A stretch of DNA of 64,000 nucleotides from Eledone cirrhosa (lineage: Eukaryota): NCBI GenBank assembly GCA_964016885.1, contig OZ024740.1:189720001-189784000 (forward strand), written 5' to 3'. This document shows, piece after piece, positions 1 through 15,292 of this stretch. The translations under genes were made by a program, and so were the position numbers. Each line of letters begins with the position of its first letter. Positions within the stretch are counted from its first letter, which is position 1. The notes beneath the pieces are model-generated. The model searched no databases. It was not told the origin of the DNA and saw only the letters and a list, made by a program, of their open reading frames with translations.

Positions 1-1337
1 CATCTCTCTGTATGGTGAGCAAATGGCATCCCACGTGCTGGACTCCCTACAGCCCCAGCGAATACAATGGATAAGGCGTTTCCCCAGAGGATGGCACGGG
101 AGATGTGCGGGAAGAGAAATTCCGTCTCACGAGGCTTACACCTGGTGATGAGTAGAGAGGTAGCCCTAGGACCAACAATACCAGAAGTCTCCACTCCCAA
201 GGGAACGACCGCAAACCTGTCGGAGAGCGACCGGTACTTGGAGACAAACTGGTTCGAAGATCATACTTTTGGTATTATAGGATCCTTATATCATTTGGTT
301 TGTTTGCAAGTGTTTGTCTATTTATATCTGCTAGATGTAACGTTAGGATGACATGTTCTGAGCAGTGACATGTGTATAATATTGTGTGTGCGGGTTTGCG
401 AATTCCCGTCAAGTATTATGAACTTTTTTTTATGTAAATTAATGTCGAATTGTAACCGTTTGAAAATGTTAGGTATTCTGGATTATGTTATGTGTTTGGG
501 CTGCGTGATGTGCGGGTTTATGTCAATTTTGTTGTGTATAGTTGTATTTCTCTGTTTGAGTTGGCTCTTATACGTGTGTGCTGTACTATCTCAAAAAGTA
601 CGTGTGCGACTTTTCATCATGCATTGGGGGCTAAGTTTAAAAATGTGGTTGACTTGAGGTTACACTTAGCCGTTAATATTTCTTCTTTGATTCTATGTTC
701 AAACCTCCGGCTTCAATAGTAACATTCAGGTCTTCGAATTGTTTTTGCTTTTGTCTAAGTGTTTCTAATTGTAGTTATACTCTGAAGAGAACAGGGATTT
801 CGTCACACTCGTGTATTACAAATACTAGAATCCATCAAGTAACACTCTCAATATCACACGAAGCACTATCACTAGATGGATACAGCCACAGGAATCATGC
901 AATAATGCAAACCTGTAAATAGTCGGGTGGGTTACAATAGTGGGCTGTTAGAACTCAAGATGGAGAAAAATGAAACATGTTAACAAGACAGATGAGCACA
1001 GCAGGAGGTCAACAACTGGTCATACACACAGACACAAGCAGGGATACTCACAGACACATACACTAGTACAAGCACAGATACACACATATGCCCCCCCCCC
1101 ATATATATACACACACACGCGCACACGCGCGGACACACACACACACACACACATATGTATATTATTATATATATATATATAGGTTGTAATAAAATGAAAA
1201 CGAAATTTCATTTCTCACTCTTAGTACGGCACTTACTTAATAAATTCAGGCTGTTCAGTTTGTTTGCAAACGAACAAAGCGGGCGTTATAATAAGCGTCC
1301 GCTAAACTGATACGTACATATACGTATGTGTACCTGA

Positions 1338-1388
<51 letters not shown>

Positions 1389-1621
1389 TGCTACTGTACG
1401 TCTGTATACATATATGTATGTACGTATACATACATACTTACATTTAAGTAAGTGCCGTCCTAAGAGTGAGAAATGAAATTTCGTTTTCATTTTATTATAA
1501 CTTATCGTTCTCGGTACGCCTGGCCGAACTCACTCGATATGCAAATTAGGCTGCTCAGCCGTTAATTTTCATAAGGAAAGTATATACTTTCGAACGTTCA
1601 ACCATCTGGCAGAAGGCTATA

Positions 1622-1662
1622 CGGTGCTGATGATAGATAACAAGCTTGAAACTAGTACATCG
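1622..1662 (+). ncRNA. Type I hammerhead ribozyme, family A (stem II point variant)
   Basis: cggtg-CTGATGA-t-agat-aaca-agct-t-GAAAC-TA-GTA-catcg. Confidence 0.75.
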
Positions 1663-1821
1663 TTCCTGTGTCAGTGTTGAATAAAAAGGTGACGTGGTTG
1701 CCTTAACAACGTACGGCATAAATTCAGGCTGTTCAGTTTGTTTACAGATGGAAAAAATTGGGCGTTATAATAAGCGTCCGCTAAACTGATACGTACATAT
1801 ATGTCTGCGTACCTGTATGTA

Positions 1822-1916
<95 letters not shown>

Positions 1917-2150
1917 ATGCTACTGTACGTCTGTATACATATATGTATGTACGTATACATACATACTTACATTTAAGTAAGTGCCGTACTAAGAGTGAGA
2001 AATGAAATTTAGTTTTCATTTTATTACAACTAATCGTTCTCGGTACGCCTGGCCGAACTCACTCGATATGCAAATTAGGCTGCTCAGCCGTTAATTTTCA
2101 TAAGGAAAGTATATACTTTCGAACGTTCAACCATCTGGCAGAAGGGTATA

Positions 2151-2191
2151 CGGTGCTGATGATAGCTAACAAGCTTGAAACTAGTACATCA
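2151..2191 (+). ncRNA. Type I hammerhead ribozyme, family A
   Basis: cggtg-CTGATGA-t-agct-aaca-agct-t-GAAACTAGTA-catca. Confidence 0.85.
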
Positions 2192-2340
2192 TTCCTGTGT
2201 CAGTGTTGAACAAAAAGGTGACGTGGTTGCCTTAACACCGTATGGCATACATTCAGGCTGTTCAGTTTGTTTACAAACGAACAAAGCGGGCGTTATAATA
2301 AGCGTCCGCTAAACTGATACGTACATATACGTATGTGTAC

Positions 2341-2407
<67 letters not shown>

Positions 2408-2638
2408 CATGCTACTGTACGTCTGTATACATATATGTATGTACGTATACATACATACTTACATTTAAGTGCCGTACTAAGAGTGAGATATGAAATTTCG
2501 TTTTTATTTTATTACAACTTATCGTTCTCGGTACGCCTGGCTGAACTCACTCGATATGCAAATTAGGCTGCTCAGCCGTTAATTTTCATAAGGAAATTAT
2601 ATACTTTCGAACGTTCAACCATCTGGCAGAAGTGTATA

Positions 2639-2679
2639 CGGTGCTGATGATAGCTAACAAGCTTGAAACTAGTACATCG
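2639..2679 (+). ncRNA. Type I hammerhead ribozyme, family A
   Basis: Intact core; stem I CGGUG/CAUCG; palindromic stem III ACUAGU. Confidence 0.88.
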
Positions 2680-2832
2680 TCCCTGTGTCAGTGTTGAACA
2701 AAAAGGTGACGTGGTTGCCTTAACACCGTACGGCATATATTCAGGCTGTTCAGTTTGTTTACAAACGAACAAAGCGGGCGTTATAATAAGCGTCCGCTAA
2801 ACTGTTACGTACATATACGTATGTGTACCTGT

Positions 2833-2949
<117 letters not shown>

Positions 2950-3180
2950 CATGCTACTGTACGTCTGTATACATATATGTATGTACGTATACATACATAC
3001 TTACATTTAAGTGCCGTACTAAGAGTGAGATATGAAATTTCGTTTTTATTTTATTACAACTTATCGTTCTCGGTACGCCTGGCTGAACTCACTCGATATG
3101 CAAATTAGGCTGCTCAGCCGTTAATTTTCATAAGGAAATTATATACTTTCGAACGTTCAACCATCTGGCAGAAGTGTATA

Positions 3181-3221
3181 CGGTGCTGATGATAGCTAAC
3201 AAGCTTGAAACTAGTACATCG
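3181..3221 (+). ncRNA. Type I hammerhead ribozyme, family A
   Basis: Intact core and stems, same as the 2639 copy. Confidence 0.88.
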
Positions 3222-3371
3222 TCCCTGTGTCAGTGTTGAACAAAAAGGTGACGTGGTTGCCTTAACACCGTACGGCATATATTCAGGCTGTTCAGTTTGT
3301 TTACAAACGAACAAAGCGGGCGTTATAATAAGCGTCCGCTAAACTGTTACGTACATATATGTATGTGTACC

Positions 3372-3414
<43 letters not shown>

Positions 3415-3545
3415 GTGAGGTTTTTTTTACAAAATGAAAAATAACCGAGGTGTCCCACACGAGTGGAAGTATAAAGAAAAAGAGATGAAATCGAAAATGC
3501 AACTGAAGTCTTATTTTTTTTAAAAATATATATATTTATTTGGTT

Positions 3546-3583
3546 CCTTTACCGGTTTCGCAGTTCTTCTGCTTTTCAAAGGG
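3546..3583 (-). ncRNA. Type I hammerhead ribozyme, family B (U3-A8 core variant)
   Basis: Reverse complement: ccct-TTGAAAA-gcag-aagaa-ctgc-GAAAC-CG-GTA-aagg. Confidence 0.7.
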
Positions 3584-4088
3584 TGATTTGAGATGGAGGG
3601 TCTGTGGTTTTTCTATCATCTGGTTGGTCTCTAAATGTTACTATGGAAAAAGTGGCTCGAAAGCCAGGTTTTTCGAGAAGTAATTTTATTGGTTTGTCAA
3701 TAATTATAATAAATTTCGCGCCAGTTCGCGTTACAATAGTTCTTCAAATAAGAGAGGGGGGGGGGTTGTCACAGGTTGTTTTTTCATATATGAGCGTTTG
3801 AATTTCTTTTTACTTGAAAAAATGAGGCTCACGAAGGCTTTTTTTTGGTTGGTTATAAATGAAATTTGGCTGTCATGTAAACAAGTTTTCATTACATTTT
3901 TGCGCCCTTATTTGGAAAACTATTCTGTAGTCTTTATAGTGAATGTTATGACAATGGAGAGATAGTGGTCAAGGGAAAAGGGATTGGGAGAAATGTTCTG
4001 GTTCAGTGAATATGGCCAGCTGTCAGAGTTCAGGTGTCAGAGTTCAGATTTTCTATTGAGACTGAAGATATGTGTTTATTTGTGTGCT

Positions 4089-4119
<31 letters not shown>

Positions 4120-4376
4120 ATGTGTGTATTGGAAGATGATTCTATTAGTAGAGATGGGGGAGGGAGTTGTGTGTGTGTGTATATGGGTGTTATGTGTGCG
4201 TGTGCGAGTATGTTAAGATGGAGAGAATATATATTTTGTGTGTGTGTATATATATGTGTGTAGGAAAGTGGTTCTATTAGTAGAAATGGGGAGGGAGTTG
4301 TAGGTGTGGGGGTTGTTATGTGTGTGTATGGGTGTTATGTGTGTGGGAGTATGGTTAGCATGTTAAGATGAAGAGA

Positions 4377-4407
<31 letters not shown>

Positions 4408-4613
4408 GTGTGTGTATGTGTGTGTGTAGGAAAGTGATTCCTTTAGTAGGAATATTTTTGAATGAACATATTTTCTTGACTTTTTCGTGTTTGCTGTTGT
4501 ATTGCCAGTGCAAACGTATGTTAAGGTTTATTTAGTTCGGGTTTTTATTTTCTAAAGTAGAAGGTGTTATGTGTGTGTGTGTATGTCATATTGTGGTGTT
4601 GACGTAATGTATA

Positions 4614-6490
4614 TTAAACCTTATTTAATGTTGGTCTATATTTTTGAATAAACATATTTTCCTTATTTATTCGCATTTGTTCTGTTGTATTGTTAGCGCA
4701 AAGGTAAAATGGGAAGACTTGGAATTTGGGTGTCTTATTACTTGCGCAAATGTCTAGATATGCACTTAGTGGTATCTGTCTCGTGGTTGGATCTCGTAAT
4801 TGTTGGCGATGAACTGTCATTCTGTTTCTGAGTGTGAGTTTAGTTTGTCCTATATAATCTTCATTGCATCCTTTACATTTAATGGCATAAATTAGATTTT
4901 TTGATGAGCAAGTGAAGTGATTTTTTACAGTAAAATTTTGTCCTGATTTAAATGTATACGTGTTGCCTTCAATGAGGTGAGTGCAGGTTCCACAATTAGA
5001 GCGACCACATTTTTTGATACTTGGTTGTGGGTTTGTGGTAGGTAATTTGGCATTCGTGAGTAATGTTTTCAGTGATTTTGGTTGTCTTTTGCTTTTGATT
5101 ATTTTGTGTGTTTCAAGGGCTCTTTTCATTCTTGGGTTTTGTTTTAGTAGTGGGATGTTATTGTGAATAGTGTTGTAAGCTTCCGCATTTCTTGGGTTGT
5201 GTGTTGAGATATATGATAGAATATTGGACGTATCTTGAATTTGTTTCTGATTCCGTAATTCATCAATGCTTATTACTTTAGCCCTTTCTATTCCATTATT
5301 TATTAGTAATAGTGGGTACCCTCTCTCAAGTAGAATTTCCTTTAATTCTTGAAGTCTTTTATTTCGCGTTTCATAATTGGAGACAATTGTGCAAATTCTT
5401 CTTGCTAGGTTAAAAGGAATGTTCGTCTTCGTGTGCTTTGGATGGTTGGAGGTGAATAGCAGATATTGTTTGGAATCTGTTGGTTTGTAGTGTATGTCAG
5501 TTTCGATATTTGTGTCTTTTTTTGTGATTAAGATGTCCAGAAATGGGAGTTGATCTTGGCTGTATTCCATTGTGAATTGGATGTGGTTATTGATGCCGTT
5601 TATTAAGTTTTTGAAATCCTTCAGTTGGTCGAGTGTGTGGGACCAAAGAATGAGGCAATCATCCAAGTAGCGTTTGCAATTCTCTGATAAATAGTTGTGG
5701 AAGTTCAATCCGTATTTTGATTTGGACTGTTCATATATCTGGACTTCTAAGTATGCCATGACTAAGTTGGCATAAGTTGGAGCGGCTTTTGTGCCCATCG
5801 CAGTCCCCGATATTTGCTTGTAAGTATTGCCATCGAAATCAAAAAAGTTGTTCTGTAGGATGAATTTTAATCCCTCGGTGATGAAGCTTTTTTCTATTCT
5901 GATCAGGTATCTCATTGGGATATTTCTCTAGCCAGAATCCTATTGCTTCTAGTCCGTATTGGTGTTGGATCGTTGTGTAGAGATTCACTACATCGAAAGA
6001 CACAATAATAGTGTCGTTGTTGACATGTTTGGGGAGGTGGTTTAAGAGGTCCAGATCGTCTCTTACAAGGCTTGGTATGTGTTTCAGTATTGGTTTCAGT
6101 AGTATGTCTATAAAGTTGCTCAATCTGTGTGTTTCACATTGTGGGCCCGCTACAATTGGTCTTAATTTAAGGTATGTGGGGTATTGTGTGTTCACGCAGG
6201 CTGAGGTGGATTGTTTACAGGCATCGTTGATTATTTTACATTTGTGGATCTTCGGAAGTCCGTAAAGGTTGGTGGTTTTGTATTCAAAATTTGTTAAATA
6301 ATCGCGGTCGTTTTTAGTTAGGTCTTCCTGGTATCGATAAATCAGTGTGTTTAACTTGGTCATTATTTTTGATTGCTGGTAGTTTTTTACTCTTTCATAG
6401 TAATTAGTATTTTGTAAGAGAGAGAACATAGAATTTTTATATTTTTCAGCCTCCATAATGACAACAGTACTTCCCTTGTCCGGAAAAGAT
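4614..6490 (-). pseudogene. PLE reverse transcriptase + Cys-rich linker + GIY-YIG endonuclease, one frameshift near 5905
   Basis: Motifs DKGSTVV, LYGLPKIHK, LRPIV, SFDVVNLYT, GTAMGT..APTYAN, RYLDD, LPFLD, CGRSNCGTC, NLIYAIKC...YIGQT, RPTLN. Confidence 0.93.
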
Positions 6491-6524
6491 GGCATTGATA
6501 CGTACATACATGTATGTGTACCTG

Positions 6525-6589
<65 letters not shown>

Positions 6590-6638
6590 ATGCTACTGTA
6601 CGTCTGTATACATATATGTATGTACGTATACATACATA

Positions 6639-6711
<73 letters not shown>

Positions 6712-7449
6712 TATATAAATCGTAATAAGTGTTATCGAAGTTGCAATAGCAAGTAGCAGATTAGTCTCGAGCTTCGAAGCCCGTTCCAAAGCACTCGATG
6801 ATAGATTATATAATAAATTTCTCCTCAGAGAGAACACAAGAAGTTAGGTATTAATGACACAAGAAATAAGGTGACCGGCGGCATGGTGCCACATTAATAT
6901 CAAAACAACAAAAGTACAGACAGTTTTAAATACGAACCTGGCCCTGTCCGATAGCTATTAATCGATTAATATCTTCTATAGGTTTCTAGGAACCTGGAGT
7001 TACATTCCAAGTTGCCTAATGTATATGTAATTCAGTAATGCATCGAAAGATTGAACGGAAATTTCCATACGTCAACAGGTTTTTCGTTCCAAGTATCCAC
7101 TTTCATCGGTTTCTGAAACGACACTGCCATTCGACTGTATTAAATTTGGCAGTGATGTCACGTGTCTTTCAAGGTGAGTTCTCCGTGCATATTCAAAAGT
7201 GTGAACAAAGATATATTCAAAGTCTCGAGGTAAGCTCTCAATCAGGTCAAACAAACAATTAAACAATCAATTAAATAATTAATCAATTAATTAATTAATT
7301 AATTATTTATAAAGGCTAGGAGAAAATAATAGTAGTAATGAGTAGAATCGAAGTTGCTGCTGTAAGCAGCAGATTTGCCTCGATCTTCGTAGACTGTCAA
7401 AGAGAACTCGATGTTAGAGTAATTAATAAATTTCTCCTCAGAGTGGACA

Positions 7450-7484
<35 letters not shown>

Positions 7485-7653
7485 GAGATAAAATAAGATA
7501 CAAACACGTCAGTGCATTAGAGTCACACACACTCATCGCATTAGAGAAATGACAGTACAAGAGATAGCTCAATGTTATCAAACAGACCCGAAAAAATTAT
7601 ATAAATCAACAAATTTTGGCTTGTTCTAGCCGTTGATATTATTTATCTTTTGC

Positions 7654-7698
7654 TTGCTCTGAAGACTCCTAATTACTGGGACGAAACATTGTCAGCGA
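7654..7698 (+). ncRNA. Type I hammerhead ribozyme, family C
   Basis: ttgct-CTGAAGA-c-tccta-attac-tggga-c-GAAAC-att-GTC-agcga, followed by aataaa. The base of stem II is mismatched. Confidence 0.65.
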
Positions 7699-7823
7699 AT
7701 AAAGATTTTTAATGTATTAAAGGCTTCTTTGTTGATTTATATAATTTTATATATATATATATATATACGTGTAAGTATGTGTGTATACGTACATACATAT
7801 ATGTATACAGACGTACAGTAGCA

Positions 7824-7861
<38 letters not shown>

Positions 7862-8014
7862 CAGGTACACATACATATATGTACGTATCAGGATAGCGGA
7901 AACTTATTATAACGCCGCTTTGTTCGTTTGTAAACAAACTGAACAACCTGAATTTTTATGCCGTACGGTGTTAAGGCAACCACGTCACCTTTTTGTTCAA
8001 CACTGACACAGGAA

Positions 8015-8055
8015 CGATGTACTAGCTTCAAGGTTGTTAGCTATCATCAGCACCG
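8015..8055 (-). ncRNA. Hammerhead family A, probably inactive (GAAA>GAAG)
   Basis: Reverse complement: CTGATGA...aacctt-GAAGCTAGTA. Confidence 0.6.
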
Positions 8056-8290
8056 TATACCCTTCTGCCAGATGGTTGAACGTTCGAAAGTTTATACTTT
8101 CCTTATGAAAATTAACGGCTGAGCAGCCTAATTTGCATATCGAGTGAGTTCGGCCAGGCGTACCGAGGACGATAAGTTGTAATAAAATGAAAACTAAATT
8201 TCATTTCTCACTCTTAGTACGGCACTTACTTAAATGTAAGTATGTATGTATACGTACATACATATATGTATACAGACGTACAGTAGCATG

Positions 8291-8361
<71 letters not shown>

Positions 8362-8511
8362 GTACACATACATATATGTACGTATCAGTTTAGCGGACTC
8401 TTATTATAACGCCCAATTTTTTCCATTTGTAAACAAACTGAACAGCCTGAATTTATGCCGTACGGTGTTAAGGCAACCACGTCACCTTTTTATTCAACAC
8501 TGACACAGGAA

Positions 8512-8552
8512 CGATGTACTAGTTTCAAGCTTGTTAGCTATCATCAGCACCG
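8512..8552 (-). ncRNA. Type I hammerhead ribozyme, family A
   Basis: Intact reverse-complement copy. Confidence 0.88.
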
Positions 8553-8787
8553 TATACCCTTCTGCCAGATGGTTGAACGTTCGAAAGTATATACTTTCCT
8601 TATGAAAATTAACGGCTGAGCAGCCTAATTTGCATATCGAGTGAGTTGGGCCAGGCGTACCGAGAACGATAAGTTGTAATAAAATGAAAACGAAATTTCA
8701 TTTCTCACTCTTAGTACGGCACTTACTTAAATGTAAGTATGTATGTATACGTACATACATATATGTATACAGACGTACAGTAGCATG

Positions 8788-8943
<156 letters not shown>

Positions 8944-10484
8944 CAGGTACACATACGTATATGTACGTATCAGTTTAGCGGACGCTTATTATAACAGCCG
9001 CTTTGTTCGTTTGTAAACAAACTGAACAGCATGAATTTATTAAGTAAGTGCCGTACTAAGAGTGAGAAATGAAATTTCGTTTTCATTTTATTACAACCTA
9101 TATATATATATATATATAATAATATACATATGTGTGTGTGTGTGTGTGTGTCCGCGCGTGTGCGCGTGTGTGTGTATATATATGGGGGGGGGGGCGTATG
9201 TGTGTATCTGTGCTTGTACTAGTGTATGTGTCTGTGAGTATCCCTGCTTGTGTCTGTGTGTATGACCAGTTGTTGACCTCCTGCTGTGCTCATCTGTCTT
9301 GTTAACATGTTTCATTTTTCTCCATCTTGAGTTCTAACAGCCCACTATTGTAACCCACCCGACTATTTACAGGTTTGCATTATTGCATGATTCCTGTGGC
9401 TGTATCCATCTAGTGATAGTGCTTCGTGTGATATTGAGAGTGTTACTTGATGGATTCTAGTATTTGTAATACACGAGTGTGACGAAATCCTTGTTCTCTT
9501 CAGAGTATAACTACAATTAGAAACACTTAGACAAAAGCAAAAACAATTCGAAGACCTGAATGTTACTATTGAAGCCGGAGGTTTGAACATAGAATCAAAG
9601 AAGAAATATTAACGGCTAAGTGTAACCTCAAGTCAACCACATTTTTAAACTTAGCCCCCAATGCATGATGAAAAGTCGCACACGTACTTTTTGAGATAGT
9701 ACAGCACACACGTATAAGAGCCAACTCAAACAGAGAAATACAACTATACACAACAAAATTGACATAAACCCGCACATCACGCAGCCCAAACACATAACAT
9801 AATCCAGAATACCTAACATTTTCAAACGGTTACAATTCGACATTCATTTACATAAAAAAATGTTCATAATACTTGACGGGAATTCGCAAACCCGCACACA
9901 CAATATTATACACATGTCACTGCTCAGAACATGTCATCCTAACGTTACATCTAGCAGATATAAATAGACAAACACTTGCAAACAAACCAAATGATATAAG
10001 GATCCTATAATACCAAAATTATGATCTTCGAACCAGTTTGTCTCCAAGTACCGGTCGCTCTCCGACAGGTTTGCGGTCGTTCCCTTGGGAGTGGAGACTT
10101 CTGGTATTGTTGGTCCTAGGGCTACCTCTCTACTCATCACCAGGTGTAAGCCTCGTGAGACGGAATTTCTCTTCCCGCACATCTCCCGTGCCATCCTCTG
10201 GGGAAACGCCTTATCCATTGTATTCGCTGGGGCAGTAGGGAGTCCAGCACGTGGGACGCCATTTGCTCACCATACAGAGAGATGAGGAGGACGAGAGGGA
10301 TGGAGGCGATGACGGTCGGAGTTCGGCCCTTCCACGTTTACCGACTTGTAACTTTTGGAGTTCTGTGTATGTGTCAATAAATAAATAAATATATAGATAT
10401 ACATATATATTTAATGCTATTTGTATGTTCATATGTATATTCATATGACTCAGATTGTGTTTATGTGCGTATAAGACTACGTGT

Positions 10485-10742
10485 GTAACGCGAACTGGCG
10501 CGAAATTTATTATAATTATTGACAAACCAACCAAATTACTTCTCGAAAAACCTGGCTTTCGAGCCACTTTTTCCATAGTAACATTTAGAGACCAACCAGA
10601 TGTGAGAAAAACCACAGACCCTCCATCTCAACTCACTCTTTGAAAAGCAGAAGAACTGCGAAACCGGTAAAGGAACCAAATAAATATATATATTTAAAAA
10701 AAAAATAAGACTTCGGTTGCATTTTCGATTTCATCGCTTTTT

Positions 10743-10748
<6 letters not shown>
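10485..10748 (+). repeat. Inverted pseudo-LTR copy of the Neptune-like PLE, with family B HHR at ~10636-10673
   Basis: Reverse complement of 3470-3735; contains TTGAAAAgcagaagaactgcGAAACCGGTAaagg. Confidence 0.88.
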
Positions 10749-12864
<2,116 letters not shown>

Positions 12865-12951
12865 TTTATATACATACATACAGGTACACATACATATATG
12901 CACGTATCAGTATGCATATATGTATGCATATATGTATGTGTACCTGTATGC

Positions 12952-13060
<109 letters not shown>

Positions 13061-14063
13061 TGCTACTGTACGTCTGTATACATATATGTATGTACGTATA
13101 CACACATACTTACATTTAAGTAAGTGCCGTACTAAGAGTGAGAAATGAAATTTCGTTTTCATTTTATTTCAACTTATATATATACGTATATATATATATT
13201 CCTTACCTTAAGTTGCTCGCACATTGCTCGGTTTGTTGTTTTTTTTTCGCCATTTTCTTTTCCTTCCCTTTTCCAGTCTATTTTCCTTTCCTCCCTCCTC
13301 CGTTTTCCTAATGACCTACCCAGTTATTGAATGCTCAATGGATATGCCCTCTTTTGCCCGTAACTTTTATTTTCATTATACTTAATTGCAACCACACAGC
13401 TCGCCATTATATACACATAGTTTCCGCTGTGACCCTTCTCTCTTCTCCCCCCTTGCTTATATTCACTCTCCTCCCTTCTATCTCCTTCTCCATCTTCTGC
13501 TAGTCACCTTCTCTCGGCTAGCCTGCCACTTTAACTATCTCTTTCTCGCTTCCTCTTACTTTCACTCATTCCCTCTCTTCTAGTCACTCTCTCTCCGCTA
13601 GCTCACTTCCTCCCTCGTCTGCCACTGTAAGCAGTCTCTTCTCTCGCTCACACTGCTACAGTGAAGACATGTCTTTTTATTCTCGTGAAACGCGCCAAAA
13701 CTTATGTTCGAAATGATTTCTTGACTTCATTTTTCCTCTCTTTTCGTTGCTTCACCCTTCGTGTTCGTTTACATTTTTTTTCCCTCTCCCCCCTTTTTAT
13801 CCCAATAACTTAAGTTAGTTATTGTTCGCCCTAGGCTGAGGTATCTTGTCTCAAACGCGAAGAAATACCTATGATTCCTAGCAGACAACTGACGATGGAT
13901 ATTGGCCTATTTCGCCCGTACCTTTTATGTTCATTATACTTAATTGTAACCACAGAGCTCGCCATTATATATATATAGTAATAATTGTTTCTACCTTTGG
14001 CACAAGGACAGTATTTACCCAGTGCATTACTGAGTAATAATAATAAATCTGAAGACTAAATTC

Positions 14064-14102
<39 letters not shown>

Positions 14103-14276
14103 AAGATCCCGTTAAGGGTGGAAACAGCGATTCTTTGATTGAACTTTAATCTGTTATTTTAATAAACATATGTATATATACATACATACACATACACACG
14201 CACATATATATATATATATCCATACATACGTACATTCATGCATACACGTATATATATGTACATATAAACATGTATC

Positions 14277-14354
<78 letters not shown>

Positions 14355-14358
<4 letters not shown>

Positions 14359-14384
14359 AGTATGCACGTACAGTAGCATGCACA

Positions 14385-14416
<32 letters not shown>

Positions 14417-15141
14417 CATATGCATACAGGTACACATACATATATGCACGTATCAGTTTAGCGGCGCTTATTATAACGTCGCTTTGTTCGTTTGTAAACA
14501 AACTGAACAGCCTGAATTTATGCCATACGGTGTTAAGGCAACCACGTCACCTTTTTGTTCAACACTGACACAGGAACGATGTACTAGTTTCAAGCTTGTT
14601 AGCTATCATCAGCACCGTTTACCCATCTGCCAGATAGTTGAACGTTCGAAAGTATATACTTTCCTTATGAAAATTAACGGCTGAGCAGCCTAATTTGCAT
14701 ATTGAGTGAGTTAAATCGGTCAGGCATATCGAAAACGATAAATTGAAACAAAATGAAAACGAAATTTCATTCCTCACTCTTAGTATGGCACTTACTTAAA
14801 TGTAACTATGCATGTACACGTACATACATATATATATACAGACGTACAGTAAACATGCACATATATATATATATATATATACATATATATATACATATGC
14901 ATACAGGTACACATACATATATGCACGTATCAGTTTAGCGGCGCTTATTATAACGTCGCTTTGTTCGTTTGTAAACAAACTGAACAGCCTGAATTTAAAA
15001 GGTGACGTGGTTGCCTTAACACCGTATGACATATATTCAGGCTGTTCAGTTTGTTTACAAACGAACAAAGCGACGTTATAATAAGCGCCGCTAAACTGAT
15101 ACGTGCATATATGTATGTGTACCTGTATGCATATGTATATA

Positions 15142-15175
<34 letters not shown>

Positions 15176-15292
15176 CATGCTACTGTACGTCTGTATACAT
15201 ATATGTATGTACGTATACATGCATACTTACATTTAAGTAAGTGCCATACTAAGAGTGAGAAATGAAATTTCGTTTTCATTTTGTTTCAATTT
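14355..15292. mobile_element. Family A repeat units forming a fold-back (minus units 14355-14997, plus partial unit 14997-15292); intact HHR on minus strand at 14577-14617
   Basis: Orientation switches at ...cctgaattta|aaaggtgacg; units are more diverged than in the 1.2-3.4 kb array. Confidence 0.85.

Larger units (their letters stand above)
1..2330 (+). repeat. Left arm of large inverted repeat (runs off window start)
   Basis: Position 1 mirrors 10284. ORFs 67..351, 492..719 and 695..922 recur near-identically on the minus strand at 9934..10218, 9566..9793 and 9363..9590. Confidence 0.95.
3411..6490 (-). mobile_element. 5'-truncated Penelope-like element (Neptune-like) with 3' pseudo-LTR at ~3411-3735
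   Basis: RT plus GIY-YIG coding region at 4614-6490. The 3' terminal segment recurs inverted at 10485-10748 and at 46545-46880 and carries an HHR. Confidence 0.92.
6495..8140 (+). repeat. ~1.65 kb composite block, copy 1 (partial family A unit, unique module Y, inverted family A unit)
   Basis: Repeated directly at ~11185-12864; ORF 7038..7262 is nearly identical to 11761..11985. Confidence 0.9.

Noticed and set aside
782-870. CTGAAGAG in the inverted-repeat arm as an HHR; GGLN-ending frame at ~9500-9612 as a GIY-YIG tail
   Set aside because: No closing stems, and the protein resemblance is too short to support a call
6720-7445. CTGAGGAG on the minus strand at ~6825 and ~7440 as hammerhead cores
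   Set aside because: No matching GAAA/stem III/stem I pairing found downstream
13655-13700. gTGAAGA...GAAACGCGCC degenerate hammerhead
   Set aside because: Core and cleavage triplet are mutated and the stems do not pair
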